From assembly GCF_024521635.1 (NCBI RefSeq), contig NW_026250443.1:62001-126000 (forward strand): a stretch of DNA of 64,000 nucleotides, given 5' to 3'. The position numbers and the translations under genes are program-made. The stretch is from Tricharina praecox. Lineage: Eukaryota. The notes beneath the pieces are model-generated. The model did not search any database. It was not told the DNA's origin and saw only the letters and a program-made list of their open reading frames with translations. This document shows, piece by piece, positions 27,326-40,068 of the stretch (positions within the stretch are counted from its first letter, which is position 1; every line of letters starts with the position of its first letter).

Positions 27326-27915
27326 GGACTGTCCGCGAAGCTAAAGATGTAGGTGGTGGTGGTCGGGGGAGATGGGGAGGAGGAAAGGATGGGGATGGAG
27401 GATGGAGGATGGGGTTGGGGATGGAGGATGAGATGGGAGTGAAGGAAGTGGGTGGTGGTTGGTGGGATGGACCGGGGTCCGGAGAGGGTCAGAGAGTAGT
27501 TGGCCAGTGAGAGTAGTCGTACAGTGAAGAGAATCAACTGTGGGCTAGCTCGAAGGGGGGAGAGAGAGTCAGTCGAATAGTGAAAGGTGTGAACGGCTGG
27601 GTTGGGCCCGCAGTCAGTGAAGGATGTGAACTGCGGGGTGGTATGTAGGAGAGAAAGAGGAGTGGTATGTAAGGAAGAAGGAGGGTCGGGCAGTGACAGA
27701 GAAGATGTAGGATAGAGGGCGGTCCACGGTCAGTGAAGGATGTGAACTGTGGAGTGATGTGTAGGAGAGAAGGGGGAGTGGAAGGTAAGGAAGAAGGAGA
27801 GTCGAACAATGAAGGGAGGGATGGAGGGATGGAAGGGCGGTACACGGCCTAGCCTGCTTCTCAAAGTGGGATAGAGCCACGGAACGTAGTAGAAGGTCGC
27901 CCTGTTGTGACTGTC

Positions 27916-27980
27916 TCGCTCTATGCGGGCGTCCCGTTCTATGCGGGCGTCCCGTTCTATGCGGCCGTTCCGTTCTGTGC
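27916..27980. repeat. 18-bp tandem repeat, about three copies
   Basis: ctatgcgggcgtcccgtt units. Confidence 0.85.
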
Positions 27981-29499
27981 GGACCGTTGTGTGGGGTAAC
28001 GTCTTGGACATATTTCCCTATAATTTCCTGATCAGGAAAGACCGAATTTCTGGTTAAGATCCTTAAATATATTCAGGATTCTCCCACCGGCTTCTTTCCA
28101 TTGGATTATACGTTGGCAAACATATGGAAAAGTCTTGACGGAATGTGGGTCATTGGAAGCCGCTCACTCAGCCTCGTCGGTGTGAGGCTTCATGACCCCA
28201 CACGGCCGCCGAGAAAAATCCGTCAGGACTTCCCTCTCTTAAAAGCAATCAGAATATGGTAAAATAGATCATCTTGGATTGTTTAAACGATGGTTTCCTC
28301 ATCAGCATGGTCTTCACACTCTCATCAATGATGTTCGTTAATTTTCACTTCGACCGCCTTTTCGAGTCAGGTCATTCGTTTGCAGGCAGTTATCGCATGG
28401 GAGTACTAGGTAGAGCTAAATCTCCAGTGCTGGGTCACATAAGCACTGTGTTGGATACCGATCTCCGCCTCTGGCGTACGGGCCCGGATCAAGAGCCTCC
28501 TGGAGCATAGCGATGATTCCAAAGCGAGCGGATTGGCTACTTTCGAGATCGCCGTGGACGAGATTCCTGGGCTGCTCCTTGAGGTCAGACAATCAGCAAC
28601 CTACCGAGTAAGGCGATGATCTGGGCAGCGAGGCTGATGGAGATGGAAGGCGGATTGTTACGCAAAGTGAGGCCGGTTCACATATCTGGCACAGATGTCT
28701 GTTGATCGGTGGACGGGCTCATGGGCAACATGTATACGGAACCGCACACTTGTGAGTCGAGGTGAGGCGTCTAAACATGTCCTCACTCGGTCAACTTTCA
28801 AGGGCAGTCGGTGCTTCGTGATGGTCGGAACCCTGGGCTGGAGCTCGACCGAGACGTCCGCCATCCAACGTGATACCCCCGAGGGCATGGATGAGAATCT
28901 CTCTTCTCTCTACACATCGCGATTCTCGTCCCACAGGGAGATCTATATCGCGATGACGTCGCTGTAGTAGGTGAAATGGGAGGAACGGACAACGACATAA
29001 AGCTGTGCGGTTGAACTCCGCAGCCATCGCCTGGGCGTACAACTCGCGCGAACGGGAAAAACACGGTTTGGCAGAGCTCATGGGCTCAGGCAATGAGCGG
29101 CAGGATTGGATAGAGGTGCCGAAAGTGTGGCAGATGAGATTTTCCAGTTTGCTTGTGGGTGGGATGTAGATATCCGGCCTGCTCTGGACCCATCATTCGT
29201 ATAGGTATGTCGTATCTACATAGTAGCCACGTATCAACGGAATTGACAAATTATCCCCACATTCAGTCGGAATAATGAGAAGATGATAACCTTTAATGAC
29301 CAGGAGAGCGATGATGAGTACCGGTCTATCGCGGCCATCGACGGGATTCTGATAGAACTCTCCCGGAGTCAAAACCTAGATGTTTTTTACTTGTACACGA
29401 CAGGCTGGTGGTCATATCATCGCCTCTAACAATGAGGAAGACAGCACCTGAAAACAGCAAGAAATAGAACCGCTCTTCGCGAACGCCCCGGAGTCGAAA

Positions 29500-30035
29500 A
29501 TGCAAAGCTGAGATCGATGTCCCTCCACCGCTGAAATGACTGCTGTTTCACCTCCTCCAGAACTCCAAACGGGTGGAAGGAACGCTTGAGTGAATCCTCG
29601 ACTGCGAAGAGTAATATCTGAACCGGTACGATCGGAAATGGAGTCTCCTGTGAGTGACGGCGGATCCAGGATGTGGGAAGTCGGCGTTGGCCTCTTTCCT
29701 AGTGGACGAGCTTAACCGGCAATCAGAACTGCACGGCACCGTCTGCTTCTTCTTCTTCTTCAAAGACGACAACGACGAACAGAAAGACGTGACTTTTGCT
29801 CTCTCCGCACTGCTGCACCGAATCTTCACAGCGAAACACTTCCTTTCATCGCCAAGGGGGAGACGTTTACGGCGGACTTGGATGCGCTGTGGTGGATCTT
29901 CGTGGCAGCGAAAACAGACCCGCACTGTGGTGATGTCGGGTGTGTCCTTGACTGCTTGGATGAATGCGAGGAATCGACTCGCAAGGGACTCATCGAGTTG
30001 ATGGTCCGCCTCCAAACAGTAAGATTCATTAAAGG
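29500..30035 (+). pseudogene. NACHT NTPase (fungal NLR) fragment
   Basis: KRVEGTLEWIL, LL*VTADPGCGKSALAS (Walker A with W replaced by TGA), CFFFFKDDNDEQ, ALSALLH, then a shifted frame CVLDCLDECEE (Walker B); stops and frameshifts. Confidence 0.88.
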
Positions 30036-30590
30036 GATGACTAGTCACGGACTCGTAGGAATGACTCTAGTCAATCCGCGTGGTGACGCCGAGGGGTATC
30101 TCGTGAGTGTCAAAGGTAATCCTCCGCGACTACTTATCGACTGGCGGGAGCTCATGGTGCCGGATGAGGAGTGGCTACTTCGACTAGGAATATAAGAGAA
30201 GCTTCAGGTAAAGACAAGCGGGGAGGGAGCGGTGCGTGGTGAAGCCTGGAATAGTTCGTACCGTACAGTAGGTATGGCATAAGTACTCTAGATTTACAAA
30301 CGAGGGCGGAACGCGCACCTCAAGCGATGTGGATTATCCTCCGTTGGGAGAGATTGATTGCCTTAAGTATGTATATGGATAGCTCGCAGACGTCGCTGGG
30401 CATACAGCGCGTAGTTACGTCCTCTCTACATTACTGGCTGAATCCATAGAACGCGCGCAAGATTTGATAGGTGCCAGCCGACACCATGCATGATGTGCGC
30501 TTACACTACAAGCCGCACATCACCGACCCCGCGATCGCCAACACGCTCCGCCCACCGGACCACCAGCGTCAACCGGCCGCCACTTCCAAG

Positions 30591-32298
30591 ATGGAACCTA
30601 TTTCGTTTGCCGCATCGGTAGCATGCTTATTGCAAGTCGGAGCCAAGGCCATCAGCTTTCTTTCCACCGCGATCGACGCCCTCAGCACTACCCGCAACGT
30701 TCTCGCAGAAGCCCAAGCGCTACACGGGATATTTCGCCAGTTGGACGACTTCATCGTCAATTTCCCCCAGCAGAGCAAGGCTCGCAAATCCAGGATTCAG
30801 ATCGAAGACCTGGTTGTCATTCTGACGGGCTGCGTGTGTACCTTCTCAGAGCTGGATAGGGAGCTGGAAGGCGTCAAGACGGACTACGCCTACAGCACCA
30901 AGTATCAGTTTAGGCCCTGGGACAACGTCAAGTGGGCAGCCAAAGACCAGGATATCGCCAGGATACTACGGAACCTACAGATGCATAAGACTTCGCTGAA
31001 TCTATTGCTGTCAGTGTATACATGGTTGATTCATGGCTCTTCTCAATCGATCATCGATGTGTATCGATAGCTTCCTCGGGCTCCACCCATGTACTTCACC
31101 CAAAGACTGATGATCTGTTTCTCACCCGGCCAACACGTGGGTACGAATAGTTGCTGATACAGAGCTTACCTAGTGCATCAACTCAGGAACTGCAAAGCGA
31201 CATCGATGAACTAAAGCAGTTCATAGCGACAGTCAGGGAGGCGGTCCCGGACCTCGTCGAGCGTATAGCAGCAGCCGATTCCTCTATGGTCAACGTCGCC
31301 CCATCCTCAGTCCGCTCCAGAGCTTCGATCTTCTCTAGTGCATTGTTAGAACCTTTCGCAGGATTCTGGGAGAGACTCAGGTGTATAGGAAAACGGCCAG
31401 GAACTCTTCAACAAACTCCTTCACGACTATCCCCACGACGGAATCCAAATTGTCTCAGCTCACCGGTCTGAGCTTAGCCCAGATATCGAATATATCCGTC
31501 ATCTATCTGCGCATCTACAGTCTCGAGCTGAATAACGGCCCAATGTATGAGCAGCGGAAATCCAGCGATAACGTGGCGCCACTGCTCAGTATCACCGTGG
31601 AAGGACTCCAGCGGTTACAGTAGAGCGGCAACAAGATAACTACCACGGTTCGGTATCGCTTAACCCCCGTGACGGAGCGGGCCGTTATTTTACACGACGC
31701 AGCTCACAAGGGAAACAACGTCATGGTCAATACGCTTGTCAAAACACTAGGCATCGATATGGAGTCCCGAAACGACGCAGGATATACGGCGTTGCACTGC
31801 GCAGTAATCTTCAAGCAGAGAGATACTGTGCAACTACTGCTCGACGGCAGTGCAGACATCGAGGCCAAGAGCAGTACCGGCCGTAGGCCGCTTCACCAGG
31901 CGGCCGAGAACGGGAACACAGATACACTGCAGCTACTGCTCGACCGCGGCGCAGACATCGAGGCCAAGGATGACATCGGTTGGACGCCGCGCCACCGGGC
32001 GGCCAGGTATGCGCACTCGGATACACTGCAACTGATGCTCGGCCGCGGTACACACATCAAGGCCAAGTGCAGTACCGGTTATACGCCGCTTCACTGGGCG
32101 GCCGAGAACGGGCACACAGATACAGTGCAACTACTGCTCGACCTCGGTGCAGACATCGAGGCCAAAGATCGATACGGTAGGACGGCGCGACGGCTGGCGG
32201 CGCAGAGAGGATACGGGTACGAGCATATTGCACAGCTGCTCCTTGATCGAGAGGCCGCAGACGCTGGCGAGCGCAATAAACCCAACTCCCAGGCTTAA
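30591..32298 (+). pseudogene. HeLo-like (fungal STAND N-terminal) domain plus ankyrin repeats, disrupted
   Basis: MEPISFAASVACLLQVG...WDNVKWA...LQMHKTSLNLLL; probable intron 31025-31173; frameshift near 31362; motif VYRK...SQLTGLSLAQISNISVIYL; in-frame TAG 31621-31623; then about five ankyrin repeats (GYTALH, GYTPLHWAAENGH). Confidence 0.8.
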
Positions 32299-34152
32299 TT
32301 CATGTTTCCAGCACAACAAAACCCCGCGTGGCCCAGTGCCACGCAATCGGCGAGGCGAGTTGAGGGAAAATTCCAGGTTCAACCCGGGTGAAAGTCCTTC
32401 TTGTTTAGCTGTTGCGGTTTCCAAGCTACCACCGGGGGTGGTGATGGTTTTTGTTTTTGTTGTTGGCGTGACGGAGCGAGCACAGGTTGGATATCACTCG
32501 GTCGTTTCACGTGACACACCTTGTGCTGCTAGCTGTGCAGGCGAGAAGGGGTGAAAACTGGTCTACATAATGAATAATTTCATTCGTTCATATTTCTGTC
32601 GTTCTGTCTTTCGTTCTGTCGGGCTGAGTTGGGAGCGGGAAGGGAGTAGGGGGGGCTGGGTGGAGAGCAATCGGGTCCAGTATCGAGCTACTGTTCTCCT
32701 ATATCTTCTTTATCTTGTTTGGCTTCTCCGTTCGAGGGGAAGTGTTTGATTTGTTAATGCAGTTAAATCTTCTATCTATCTCATTCAACAAATAGTTTCT
32801 ATACGCGATCCTACTACATAAAGTACTAGGTCAAAAGTTTTTGTACAGGGGCCCTTTTACACCAAAAATGCCCATTTGCAAGTGACCAAATCCCACCCTT
32901 CATGTGGCGGAAAAACATCGAGTCTTTCATAGAAGCTTTAGAATCTCAAGATGCATCACATATAGGAAGTCTGACGACTTTTGCTTCGGATTGGTGGTGC
33001 ATGGTATGGTGTTGTGCTGAGAGGTATCCGGAATTCCTTATCACTAGTTGCCCGTAGGGCTCGATCGAAAGAGGTCTCGGAAGACTGCCAACAATCAGGT
33101 TGGCAGCGGAGGAGTAAGCACCAGTCATAAGCGTAGACATCGTGCTTATCGTCGACTACTGCAGTTGCTGCCGCTACAGGAGAAGGCTCGCGCCTTGAGC
33201 GAGCCTGCAGCCTTGTAAGGAAGAAGATAGCGTTCCGCTGTACGTTTGCAGTAGAGTACACTCCTATTACCTTCGATTAATGATCGTACCAGCTTTCCTC
33301 TTTGCGTTATCAGGAACTTCCGTGCTCACGTCTTTCACCATCACACGCCACATATCATTCGCTTGCATCATGAGAGACTACTCGGTGGCTGAAAGTGCAG
33401 TGTCGCCACATCGTGCTGGCTGGTAGCGGGTCCCAGCCCCACGCCGGCCAGAGTGGGCAGGAAAAGAGTGCGACGGTTTGCCATAGTCTAGGTAGGCTGC
33501 ATGCGAACCAAACAGAAGATCTTCCTCTCTCTCGGTGGCTGATAACGATCTCTGCCGAAACCTCGCTGCAGGCAGTTTACGTAGGGTAGGTACGGTGTAT
33601 TACTGACAGACTCCTGACTCCTGAGCTGAAAGGGGATCCTCTCAAGCACATATAGGAGGCTAGTGATATCGACGCCGAGTGTGTTGTACCTACTCGAGGA
33701 CGTTGCCGGAGTCTCTAACAGTGAGTACGAGGGATTCCACGACCCATCCTGATTCTAAGTGCACAAACGCTACGGTCGAGGGAGTGGCTATCAAATGTAC
33801 CTGCGGAAGTACGGACTGCAATGTAGCCCGGCGAGGAGTGTCGGCCGGCACACATCGCCGTAGGTGTGCTTCGTTCATCTAATCTAGATTCTACCCGAGC
33901 AAATTTACGGAGAAGCATGGGTTGGTATGTAGCAGTCACGAGGGAGAGACTCGGCGAGGGGAATGAAATCTTGATTTTTGATCGCTTGTTGCTAGACATG
34001 CGACTGAAGCTCTAGCTACCTACTGAGTTGTCTTCCACTTCGTAGATAGGTGGTGACCTTCAGATCCACGCATCTCTTTTTTTCCTGCCCGCTCCTTGGC
34101 TGCTCGCGTTCCGTATCCGGCACTTGCTCCAGGTGAGCGTCAGGAGTCGAGA

Positions 34153-34479
34153 CTAGCATAGAACATCGTTAGTTCCCGTGGCGAAATACTGGTATAATAG
34201 CTGTGGGAGGTTACCTTTGTTCGCTGGTGGTTCCGTGCGATACAGCCACGTGGTAGGTCCGAAATCTACGGCGGTCGCGGGGATGTCCTGCAGAGCCAAC
34301 ATGTGTGCGAGTTCCGCTTTTTCAGCCCTGCGGTGCTCGCGGAGAGCGCGGGTGTTCATGACTGCATTTCCTCCGTCGGGGGCCGTCCAGTGCGTGTTAC
34401 CGTTTTTATCCTCGTAGTAGAGCTCTTCGTCGGAGTGGATGATACACATGAAGCGCGGGAGCGGGAACGGGGCTGACAT
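34153..34479 (-). CDS. 108-aa hypothetical protein with a WW-like motif
   Basis: CCAATG start; ELYYEDKNGNTHWTAP resembles the YY...W..P half of a WW domain. Confidence 0.35.
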   Translation of the reverse strand: MSAPFPLPRFMCIIHSDEELYYEDKNGNTHWTAPDGGNAVMNTRALREHRRAEKAELAHMLALQDIPATAVDFGPTTWLYRTEPPANKGNLPQLLYQYFATGTNDVLC

Positions 34480-37400
34480 TGGTGTAGTTCCCGGTCGCTC
34501 CGGAATGCGTGTAGTGGGGTAGGTACGTGCATCTGCTTCGGGCGGGATAATTATAGCGGGGGCGGAGCCGGAACATGCTAAAATACCGAGTGCTATTTGG
34601 TCAGATGTGTAGGGAGCTCGGCGTTCGAACGCAGGCCGACACCGACCGTTATTCTCGGCCGCACAGTAGTAGATTTCGCCAGCTGCATCGCGACGTCGGC
34701 AACCATGGCCTTCCCCTTGGCCACATCGGCCCGGAACAGCACTTCCACGCTTGTTTCCCCGCCACCTCGGCCGGCAGAGCGCGATCACCGCTTCCGTCGC
34801 CCGCATCAGTTGCGCAAGCCTGGCGATCTGCGACTACTTTTGCTTCGAAAATCCGCGCAGCTCCCACTAGACCGCACGAGTACGCTGCCTCTGCAACCTG
34901 GGCTCCTCACGTGCGCGCCTGTGCACGCACAGCTTGTCTTCTCCATCTCTCACGAGCGCGGCCCACTCCTACACCGTAAGCGCGTACGGGATCTCTTTCG
35001 TGCGGTCCCACTGCACGCAGATCGCAGTGCTGAGAGGATCGTCATGTTCGCTCTCGGACATCTCTTCGGAGGTGCTGGAGCTCGTGTCGTCCCTTTCTGT
35101 GGAATGCGGGGAACTGGACGGATATGGTCTACCGACGCAGATGCTGCGGAATGTTACTGAGTAGCTGGAGAGGCGGAGTTCGAATATCGTGGTACTCGTC
35201 GACGTAGGTAGGTCAAGTCTCAATGCTGTCAAGCACAGCTGCGTCGTGCCCTCATCGCGAACGATCCAGCTAACTTTCGTGATTTATATACCATCGGCGA
35301 TTCCGAACGGCTCACTGCCGCTCTTTCGGATTCTTTCCCCGAAGATTACCAATTAGCGACTCCCTTTGTCGTCGGAATGAAAGCCCCCACTGCGTGCAAT
35401 TCTTCCCGAGTTGACTGCCCATTGCTTCTTGCGTTGTTCTCGGGTGATCATCGCGAATACACCTCGGTTCCGAGTAAGCTACCGGCATCGTCCATTCCCC
35501 GCGGTCACCATCCCACCCGGCGGACTCGATAGTTTACCGATACCGGAGGTTGAAAAATCCACCGCAGAGCATTCCATAATACTCAACTGCGGGAGCAGGG
35601 CATCTTTGCCGACGATAGTTCCTCCACTGCTTTACCACGCCGGCAGAGCATGAAGCAGCGAAGCGCAAGATCCAGAATGTTCCGCACATAGGTACATAGT
35701 CGATTGTTGACTACGTACATCTCGAGAGTTGAGGTGTGGGTTACTGGGTATCTATGGCTTTTCCTTTGTTTGGTCGAGTTTCTCTTTATTTCCGGCGGAG
35801 AGAGGAATGGAGCAGCTGCAACGATGTGGTTTCTTATGGGGGACAGGACGTCACAGGAGACCTGGCTGGCGTGTCTACACTTCCACCATGTTGCCTTGCT
35901 ATAAAAGTCATCCTCAATCGACGATTCGACGATGAAAGGAACAAACAGTTGCCAGTAGTTCAAGGATCTCGAATGAAGTCAGAGATGCGCGAGTTCGCGG
36001 AATGAGGACCAACAAGGAATGAGCTAGAGGAAGTAGATACGGAGGAGGGATTTCTTTCAACTTTCGTTATCCTTTCGCCATCTGATCGCCTCAAAGGAAC
36101 GGCAACCGGACAGTGTGTAGGTATGTCATCGCGATTCAGCTGAGTCGCACGCGGAGGATGAACGAACAAAACTAAAAGGTCACTGTGAGTGAAGCGTATA
36201 CATAAATATGCGGCAGTGTGTGGCTTCTATCCATTCAAACCAATACCTACCGCACGAACCACCATTGCTCCAGATGCGCCAACGACGACGAAACTGCCTC
36301 CAACACTTCTATCGAAGTTGGCATTCCTTTCCGGGTGGCTTCCACTACGACTGAACCGACCGAGCTATGCTTCCATGACGACTGAGGGGGTCAACAGCCC
36401 AAGAGTCGCCGGAGTCGCCAGAGTAACCGAAACGCCGAGAAATCCCCGAGACGTCAGGAAGGAAGGAAGGAACGCAAACCAAAACTACGATTCTGAAGTT
36501 CGACAGCACAAAGGCCCAAAAACTGACTCATAATATTGCCCTCTTCTGCGTCAGTCTGGGATTGCCGGGGTAAAACAAACAAGAAGTCAAATTCTCATGT
36601 ACACCATTCGAGTGTTCGGGGACGCAACGACTATCGTCCACTTTCGACAACTCCAGGGAATGTGGGAGCACCGTTGGCTGAGCGTGTCGGTGAAAGCAGC
36701 ACACGCGGAATGATGGGCTGGCTCTCGGGGGTTCCGTCGGGACTGCTTTTGCACATCCGGGTATAGCCTGTCGGAAACCTTCAGAGACGAAGAGGACGAC
36801 GTCAAGTTATCCTTGTCTAAATCGGAAGCGGAAGAGTCTGGGGAAATGATAGGCGACCGGCGTTTACGATCTATCCCCACACCAAGCGCCTCCCGGCATC
36901 GTTCGGCCTAGAGATCCGTTGGGACATGGAAGGCGGACGGCGAGCCGGATCCCGTTCAGGATGAGAGAGCTTTGGAAGTCCCGCAGGCGTGTACACTGAG
37001 GGAGGATGGCGCAGCTCTCTGATGGTCAGAAGAAAAATGAGATTTTTCTTCAGAACTGAGCACTGTCCGAATGCCGCCATGGGTGGTAGAAGTTCATCAC
37101 CGGAATTCGGACCTTGGAAGGGGCGATACTTCCCCTCGGAGGGGCCCGCAGGGGACGTTGGATTCTGTGAGAACAGAATTACCTGCGATTGGGGCACCTT
37201 CACGCGGTCTTGTGAATCGTCATCTCAGCGATGTTTCGGGACCTGCGGGTCGCGCACTGCAGAGACCGTGCAATGATCAATTCTGCGGTGCAAATCCGTC
37301 GATAGACGCGACAACACATCACAAAGATATTCGGCCCCATGGGAAGAATCATTTATGCCCAAGAGCTATGTACCACCCATCATGGAGGACGACAACACGC

Positions 37401-38849
37401 TCTGGAAGTATCTCCTGACTGCAGGCGAACGCGTGCCCGGGAAGAGAAAGCGGGTGATAATTCATTGGTGCCGTCGGCAGGTCCACCACCAGGATGTGAC
37501 CACCCGGGCCTGTGAGTTCCGGATGAGACAATCCTTACAAATGCCCCTGCGAACCGCCGGGTTCGTACCCCGATCACAGCCTCGTGAGTCAACCAAAATC
37601 TGCAATATTGGCTGCGAGAGAAACCGTCGGGTCAATAACTACAAATCCAGCGACGCAGAGGCATGGTCTACGTGGAAACTTGAGTCCTCACACGACGTCG
37701 ATGAGAACGTCATTAGGGAGCTGGTTTTCAAGAACAAATTCCCGGCAAACTGAATTCGTCGGTGGCAAAAGTGATGGTAAGAGTGATGGCAAGGGTAGGA
37801 GCAAGGAGAACCATAGGGACGATAATGACAAGGAGAAGAACAACATCAGCAACGACAACACAGACGAAGACAACGTCGGGGGTGAGCGGAGGCGGAAGAA
37901 CAAGAGCAGAACCGAGAGCAAGAGCAAGGAGAACCAAATGGACGTCAACGACGAAGATGTTGGCGAGGAGGAGGACGAGCAGGAGAAACAGGACGACAAC
38001 GAACACGACATCTCATATATTGAAGACTACGTGTGGCGGAGCGTATTCCGGAAGTCCCTACGGTTCTAGCAGGTAGTCTCAAGTACGTAGTTCAGGGTCT
38101 GTGCGGATACAGAAGTAGAATGTATATTGCGACGCCGCTTTTGCCGTTTCCTTCGTGCCGCGTAAAGATTCATCATGTCATTTCTCTCTCACCATGCCAT
38201 CACCTTATCCCTTTGGTGTGCTCTATCTTCATTGCTGGGACAAGCCGAGGCGGAGCGCAGGGGAAGCCACATCAGGCTAGAGGAAAGGCCCGCCGCGGAA
38301 AATCCACTCGGGCCAAGAGGAGATTAGTCACAAGGCCCGGGCGGATAAACCCGCAACGCTGAGATCCGACGGAAGCGAGAGACTGGGGTATGATAAATTG
38401 TACCGGGTACTTACTTAAGCGAAGCTTATTTCAACATCAAGCTCGAGTTTGCCGCGTTCTAAAATAATCCTGGATGCCCCCGGGCCCCGGGACCCCGAAC
38501 GGCATAATTTTGTTGGCGGGAGATGGTTGTCATGATACATTACGGGCGGTTTCTACATGTTAAATACAGGTAGTTACCATGCTGGTGAGGCTGGAATGTT
38601 GCACCTCTTGGGTCTCCGCCCATCTGATTCAAAAAGCTCTGGAGTGATGCGGATAAAGTACAAGTTGTACGAGCAAATAGAAAGAGAACATTAACTTGTA
38701 CATTCTTGGTTCCTCAAAATTTTGAATCATATTACCCTATGTACTTGATTATCTCCTTGGGATGTCACATCGACTGGCCGGTGATATCGCTGTGCATCGT
38801 AGTCGGGATTGAAGCGGGGCAACTCGGGCTCGGTTAACTCCGCTGGGTA

Positions 38850-39600
38850 ATGGACACCGTTAACGGCTTTGAGCTCTTGGTGGAGCAGTCCGCACTCGGC
38901 AACTTCCGCTTCACTTTACGTTCGAACTCTTTTTCTTCGCCATATTATCTCTCTTGAGGCCGCCCACGGTACCCGTGGCACCCGAGCGTCGGCGGTTTAT
39001 TTCCAGAGACACGGTATGGCTCGGAGGCACACACGACGGGTATCCACTCTCTTCTTTTGACGAGTACCTCAAGATCCGTCCCGGCGGAAGAGCCAGTTCC
39101 TTGAGCGGCCACGAGATGGCCGCGCAGCACCAGAACCACCTGACATTCGGCCTGTTGGGGACGGTGATGAAGACCGAGATCGCCGAGAGCACGCTGCTAC
39201 GGCAGAACGATCGCGGTGAGACCGTGATGACCGACGCGAACCTCACCAGGCTGCTGCGGCACTGGCGCTATCGCATCTGACAACTCGTGAACAGCAAAGA
39301 ATGTCGGCAATGGGCGGTCCGTGTCGAGACCACGTTGAAGCAAGCGCGAGCCTTGCTCATGCTCGAGTTCACGCACCCGCGAATCAGCTCGTACCGGATA
39401 GCGCAGATCCAGCCGGAAGAGATGGATGCCATCATCTGTCTGATCGCGTCCATCGGGGAAGCGGTGGCAACCCGGCATTGCGTCTCTCTGCGGGCAGCCA
39501 AGAGAGCTGGTGCTTGTCCCCTCAGCTACGACTCGTACCTAAAGATCGCGTTTTATCCCATTGCCATTGCCCACGCTTTCCATCACGGTCTCCATTTCAT
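38850..39600 (+). pseudogene. truncated N-terminal part of a HET-domain-associated protein
   Basis: VWLGGTHDGYP...LTFGLL...NLTRLLRHWRYRI*QL...WAVRVETTL pattern parallels the N-terminus of the neighbouring HET gene (HDGGDF...WLFFG); in-frame TGA 39278-39280; no HET core follows. Confidence 0.5.
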
Positions 39601-40068
39601 CCGCGCCGTGCTTCGCTTACTGCCAGCTCCCTAGTATCCGCGCCGGCTTTCCCCTACTGCCAGCTGCCTATTCGCAACCCATAACGTTTGAATCCTCGCT
39701 ACCGATCTTTATTTCCGTCCGCGACGTCTTTGCATACCCCGCCAACAAGTCTTCCTCTCTCTCTCTCTTCTCGCTCCCTCCTCTAGCTCCCGCTCCTCGC
39801 CCGAAATCTCTCCCATCGCTCTGAAACAGCGCTATATCAGTTTCTGTCGGTTTTACTAGGACGGAGCCCTCGTACCGCGAACAGATCATCGGAGGAGTCA
39901 TTACCACCGTCGTTGTAGCCACTTCAAGTCGTGAGCCGTGCGTCTCTCTACTCAGCAGGTTGGTTCAATCCAAGGGTGAGTTTCGTATTCTGCGTTCGAG
40001 TCTCTTTCTGCCACTGAGCTGACATTTGAAGGCATAGGCGCTCATCCAGGCACTAGAACCACCCTACA

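Noticed and set aside
28400..29200. Possible transposase remnant
   Set aside because: All frames are interrupted and no diagnostic motif is recognisable.
34575..38400. Coding-like broken frames, including an acidic/basic low-complexity stretch at 37760-38040
   Set aside because: No recognisable motif or consistent gene model.
39955..39980. tRNA T-arm-like GGTTCAATCC
   Set aside because: No cloverleaf can be built; it directly precedes a GTGAGT donor of a probable UTR intron.
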